From positions 960,001-1,024,000 of the forward strand of contig CAWGTN010000002.1 in assembly GCA_963825525.1 (NCBI GenBank): a stretch of 64,000 bases of DNA. Reading direction: 5' to 3'. The DNA is from an uncultured Chloroflexia bacterium. GTDB taxonomy: Bacteria; Chloroflexota; Limnocylindria; QHBO01. The first letter of the stretch is position 1. Every line of letters begins with the position of its first letter. Of the stretch, positions 61,418 to 64,000 are shown in pieces. A program made the translations under genes and the position numbers. The notes beneath the pieces were generated by a model. The model searched no databases and was not told the origin of the DNA. It saw nothing but the letters and a program-made list of their open reading frames with translations.

Positions 61418-61584
61418 GTCGCGGTGGCCAGGAAGGTCCAGGCGGCCATGATGAGAGCGAGCAGGACGAACGTGACCAGGGCGAGCGGCATGAGGGCCAC
61501 GTGGAGCGGACGCGCCGGCGTGAGCGGCGAGGATTCGACGGCCGGCTCCACGTCGCTGCGCGTGGCGGGAAGGTTGCTGTCCAT
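61414..61584 (-). CDS. Small single-TM protein (56 aa)
   Basis: GAGGAG RBS; C-terminal hydrophobic helix; ATGA overlap with ABC ATPase. Confidence 0.6.
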   Translation of the reverse strand: MDSNLPATRSDVEPAVESSPLTPARPLHVALMPLALVTFVLLALIMAAWTFLATAT

Positions 61585-61586
61585 GA

Positions 61587-62156
61587 TCACTCCTCGATGA
61601 TGGCGGCGAGCTTCTCGTCCAGCGAGCTGGCCGAGATCTGGCCGATCTGCCGTGCCACGATAGTCCCATCGCGGCCGATGAAGTAGGTCTCCGGCGCCCC
61701 GAGGATGCCATAGTCGGTCGCCACGCGTTCGCCCGGATCCATGGCCGCGGCCCAGGTCGCCCCGTTGCGGACCATGAAGTCGCGTGCGGCCTCCGAGCGG
61801 TCGCGATACACGATGCCGATCACCACCAGCCCCTCGCCGGCATGCCGTGCGGCGGCATCTCGCAGGAGGGGGAACTCCTCCACGCACGGACCGCACCAGC
61901 TCGCCCAGAAGTTCACGACCACGGGCCGGCCGCGCAGGTCGGTGAGTCGGATCGGGGTGCCATCAAGGTCGGTGACCGTGAAGTCGGGGGCGTTGCGGCC
62001 AATTGCCGTCGGCGTGCCGCCGCTTCCACGATTCACGAGGATCAGGCCGAGCACCGCGAGCATGGCGAGCGGCACCACGGCGGCGACGACCAGGATGGAC
62101 AGGCGGAGGCGCCGAAGGTCCGTCCGGCGCGGATCGGCGGCGGGTGCGCCGCTCAT
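61587..62156 (-). CDS. Membrane-anchored TlpA/ResA thiol-disulfide oxidoreductase
   Basis: TM anchor, APDFT, NFWASWCGPC, GAPETYFI. Confidence 0.92.
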   Translation of the reverse strand: MSGAPAADPRRTDLRRLRLSILVVAAVVPLAMLAVLGLILVNRGSGGTPTAIGRNAPDFTVTDLDGTPIRLTDLRGRPVVVNFWASWCGPCVEEFPLLRDAAARHAGEGLVVIGIVYRDRSEAARDFMVRNGATWAAAMDPGERVATDYGILGAPETYFIGRDGTIVARQIGQISASSLDEKLAAIIEE

Positions 62157-62163
62157 CGGCTCT

Positions 62164-62511
62164 TCAGTGGGCGGCGGAATCGTCGTGCGAACCACGCTCC
62201 GTGTCGCGCCATTCGTGGTTCGCCGCTCGTACCCAGGCGATGACGCCGATGACGAGCACGAGCAACCCGGGAATCGCCAGGAAGGGGTTGGCCAGCTCCT
62301 CCTTGCCACGGAATGCCAGCCCGGCGCCCATGAGCGCGGCCGCCAGCGAGACGGCCACGGGCAGGAAGCTCGGCGCGGGCAGGTGAACGCCGCGCGGCGG
62401 AGTGGCCGGGCCGGATGACCCCCCGGCGCGCGCCGAGATCGCGAAGACAACACCGAGAATCACCAGGATTCCGATCCCGATGATGGCGTAGCCGATGGCG
62501 GAGTCGGGCAT
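62164..62511 (-). CDS. Cytochrome c oxidase subunit IV-like membrane protein
   Basis: 3 TM, VHLPAPSFLP motif; directly after subunit III. Confidence 0.65.
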   Translation of the reverse strand: MPDSAIGYAIIGIGILVILGVVFAISARAGGSSGPATPPRGVHLPAPSFLPVAVSLAAALMGAGLAFRGKEELANPFLAIPGLLVLVIGVIAWVRAANHEWRDTERGSHDDSAAH

Positions 62512-62523
62512 GTCTCGGTGTCC

Positions 62524-63147
62524 CTAGCGCAGGAAGTAGATGGTTGAGAAGACGGCGATCCACACGACGTCGACGAAGTGCCAGTAGATGCTGACCGCCT
62601 CGACCGCGACGTGGTTCTTCGCGCTGAACTGGCCGCGCAATGATCGCGCGAGGATGATGGTTAGGCCCACGGCACCTCCAAAGACGTGCGCGCCGTGGAA
62701 GCCGGTGAGTGTGTAGAAGGTCGTCCCGAACACCCCGTCGGCGATTCCGAACCCGAGCTGGCTGTAGTCGTACAGCTGACCCATGAGGAACAGGATGCCG
62801 AGGACCAGGGTGATCCCGGTCCACATCTTGAGCTTGCCGGTGTCGCCACGGCGGATTGCCCACACGCCGAACTGCATCGTGAAGCTCGAGACAACGAGGA
62901 TCACGGTCAGCGCTCCGGCCAGTGCGAGCTCGAGCTCCGGGGCGCCCTCCGGCGGCCCCCAGTGGCCCGGCGTGGTCGCCTTGGCGTTGAAGTAGGTGGC
63001 AAACAGTCCGCCGAAGAACATCACCTCACTGGCGATGAACAGCAGCATCCCCAGCAGCGCGGTTGGCATCCCCGACCCGCCATGGGCGATGGCCGCGGCG
63101 GCCTCGTGCTCGCCGGCCGGGTGCGCCTGCATGGTGCGCGTGCTCAT
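62524..63147 (-). CDS. ctaE: Cytochrome c oxidase subunit III
   Basis: [33 protein letters not shown]. Confidence 0.95.
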   Translation of the reverse strand: MSTRTMQAHPAGEHEAAAAIAHGGSGMPTALLGMLLFIASEVMFFGGLFATYFNAKATTPGHWGPPEGAPELELALAGALTVILVVSSFTMQFGVWAIRRGDTGKLKMWTGITLVLGILFLMGQLYDYSQLGFGIADGVFGTTFYTLTGFHGAHVFGGAVGLTIILARSLRGQFSAKNHVAVEAVSIYWHFVDVVWIAVFSTIYFLR

Positions 63148-64000
63148 ACCAGCGGATCCTCTCGTCGCTCGACGTCGTCCTCGGGCTCCTCCTCGAGATC
63201 CTTTGGACGCTCGGCCGCATGGCCATGACCGTGGGTGAGGAAGAAGAGCGGTCGCTCCGAGTGGATCGGCGGCAGGCGGTCGAAGTTGTAGGGCGGCGGC
63301 GGTGAGGAGGTCGCCCACTCGAGCGTGTTGCCCTCCCACGGATCATCGCCGGCCGGCTCACCGTTGATGAGCGTCGCGATCACGTTGATGAGGAACGGAA
63401 TGATGCTGACCGCGATCATGAAGGCACCGACGGTCGAGGCGATGTTCAGCAGGGTCCATCCCGCATCGGGGCTGTAGTCGCTGATGCGTCGCGGCATGCC
63501 GTCCAGGCCGAGCTGGTGCATCGGGAAGAAGGCCAGGTTGAAGCCGATGAAATGGATCCAGAAGTGGATCTTGCCGAGCGGCTCGTTGAGCTTGCGACCG
63601 GTCATCTTCGGGAACCAGTAGTACGTGGCAGCGAAGACGCCAAACACCGACCCGCCGAAGAACACGTAATGCAGGTGCGCCACCACGAAGTACGTGTCCT
63701 GGACGTGGAAGTCGATCGGCGGTGAGGCAAGCATCACGCCGCTGATGCCGCCGATGAGGAACATCGACAGGAAGCCCAGGGCGAAGAGCATGGGCGTCGT
63801 GAAGATCAGCTTGCCGCGCCACAGCGTTGCGAGCCAGTTGAACATCTTGATCCCGGTCGGAATGGCGATGAGTGCGGTCATGAAGCTGAAGAAGGGCAGG
63901 AACACCGAACCGGTGGTGAACATGTGGTGGGCCCAGACGCTGAAGCTCAGCAGGCCGATGCCGACCGTGGCGAACACGAAGGCCCGGTAGCCGAACAGTG
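63144..64000 (-). CDS. ctaD: Cytochrome c oxidase subunit I, 5'-truncated by window edge
   Basis: [41 protein letters not shown]. Confidence 0.97.
   Translation of the reverse strand, partial: LFGYRAFVFATVGIGLLSFSVWAHHMFTTGSVFLPFFSFMTALIAIPTGIKMFNWLATLWRGKLIFTTPMLFALGFLSMFLIGGISGVMLASPPIDFHVQDTYFVVAHLHYVFFGGSVFGVFAATYYWFPKMTGRKLNEPLGKIHFWIHFIGFNLAFFPMHQLGLDGMPRRISDYSPDAGWTLLNIASTVGAFMIAVSIIPFLINVIATLINGEPAGDDPWEGNTLEWATSSPPPPYNFDRLPPIHSERPLFFLTHGHGHAAERPKDLEEEPEDDVERREDPLV

Overview
High-GC bacterial chromosome segment. Gene content suggests a Chloroflexota- or Actinomycetota-like organism (inference only). From left to right: (1) 1-14 kb, a low-oxygen/stress module (phosphoketolase, Ca2+ antiporter and P-type ATPase, tandem USP, CBS proteins, acetate kinase, VKOR-DsbA, HemG-like flavodoxin, NirK-cupredoxin fusion) with a recurring DosR/DevR-like palindrome; (2) 14-29.7 kb, backbone genes (GlgA/GlgM, CopA plus YHS, ABC transporter, esterase, metallopeptidase, GH15, LLM, protease); (3) an ~8.5 kb island in tRNA-Gly(TCC), bounded by a 52-bp direct repeat. 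It carries a tyrosine integrase and, hidden by single-base frameshifts, a minus-strand operon: MacAB/YknXYZ-like exporter, three paralogous secreted ~120-aa Cys/His proteins of an unrecognised family, and a lipoprotein. This is the best candidate for an undescribed system; (4) 38-53 kb, metabolic and housekeeping genes, with a diverged duplicate of the trxB 3' end; (5) a four-gene methyltransferase/FAD oxidoreductase/SRPBCC/ketosynthase cluster, ispG, a lipoprotein pair, an ABC-2 transporter, TlpA and cytochrome c oxidase subunits. Most frameshifts are one-base losses in short homopolymers and may be sequencing errors. Product calls come from motif recognition; no database searches were run.
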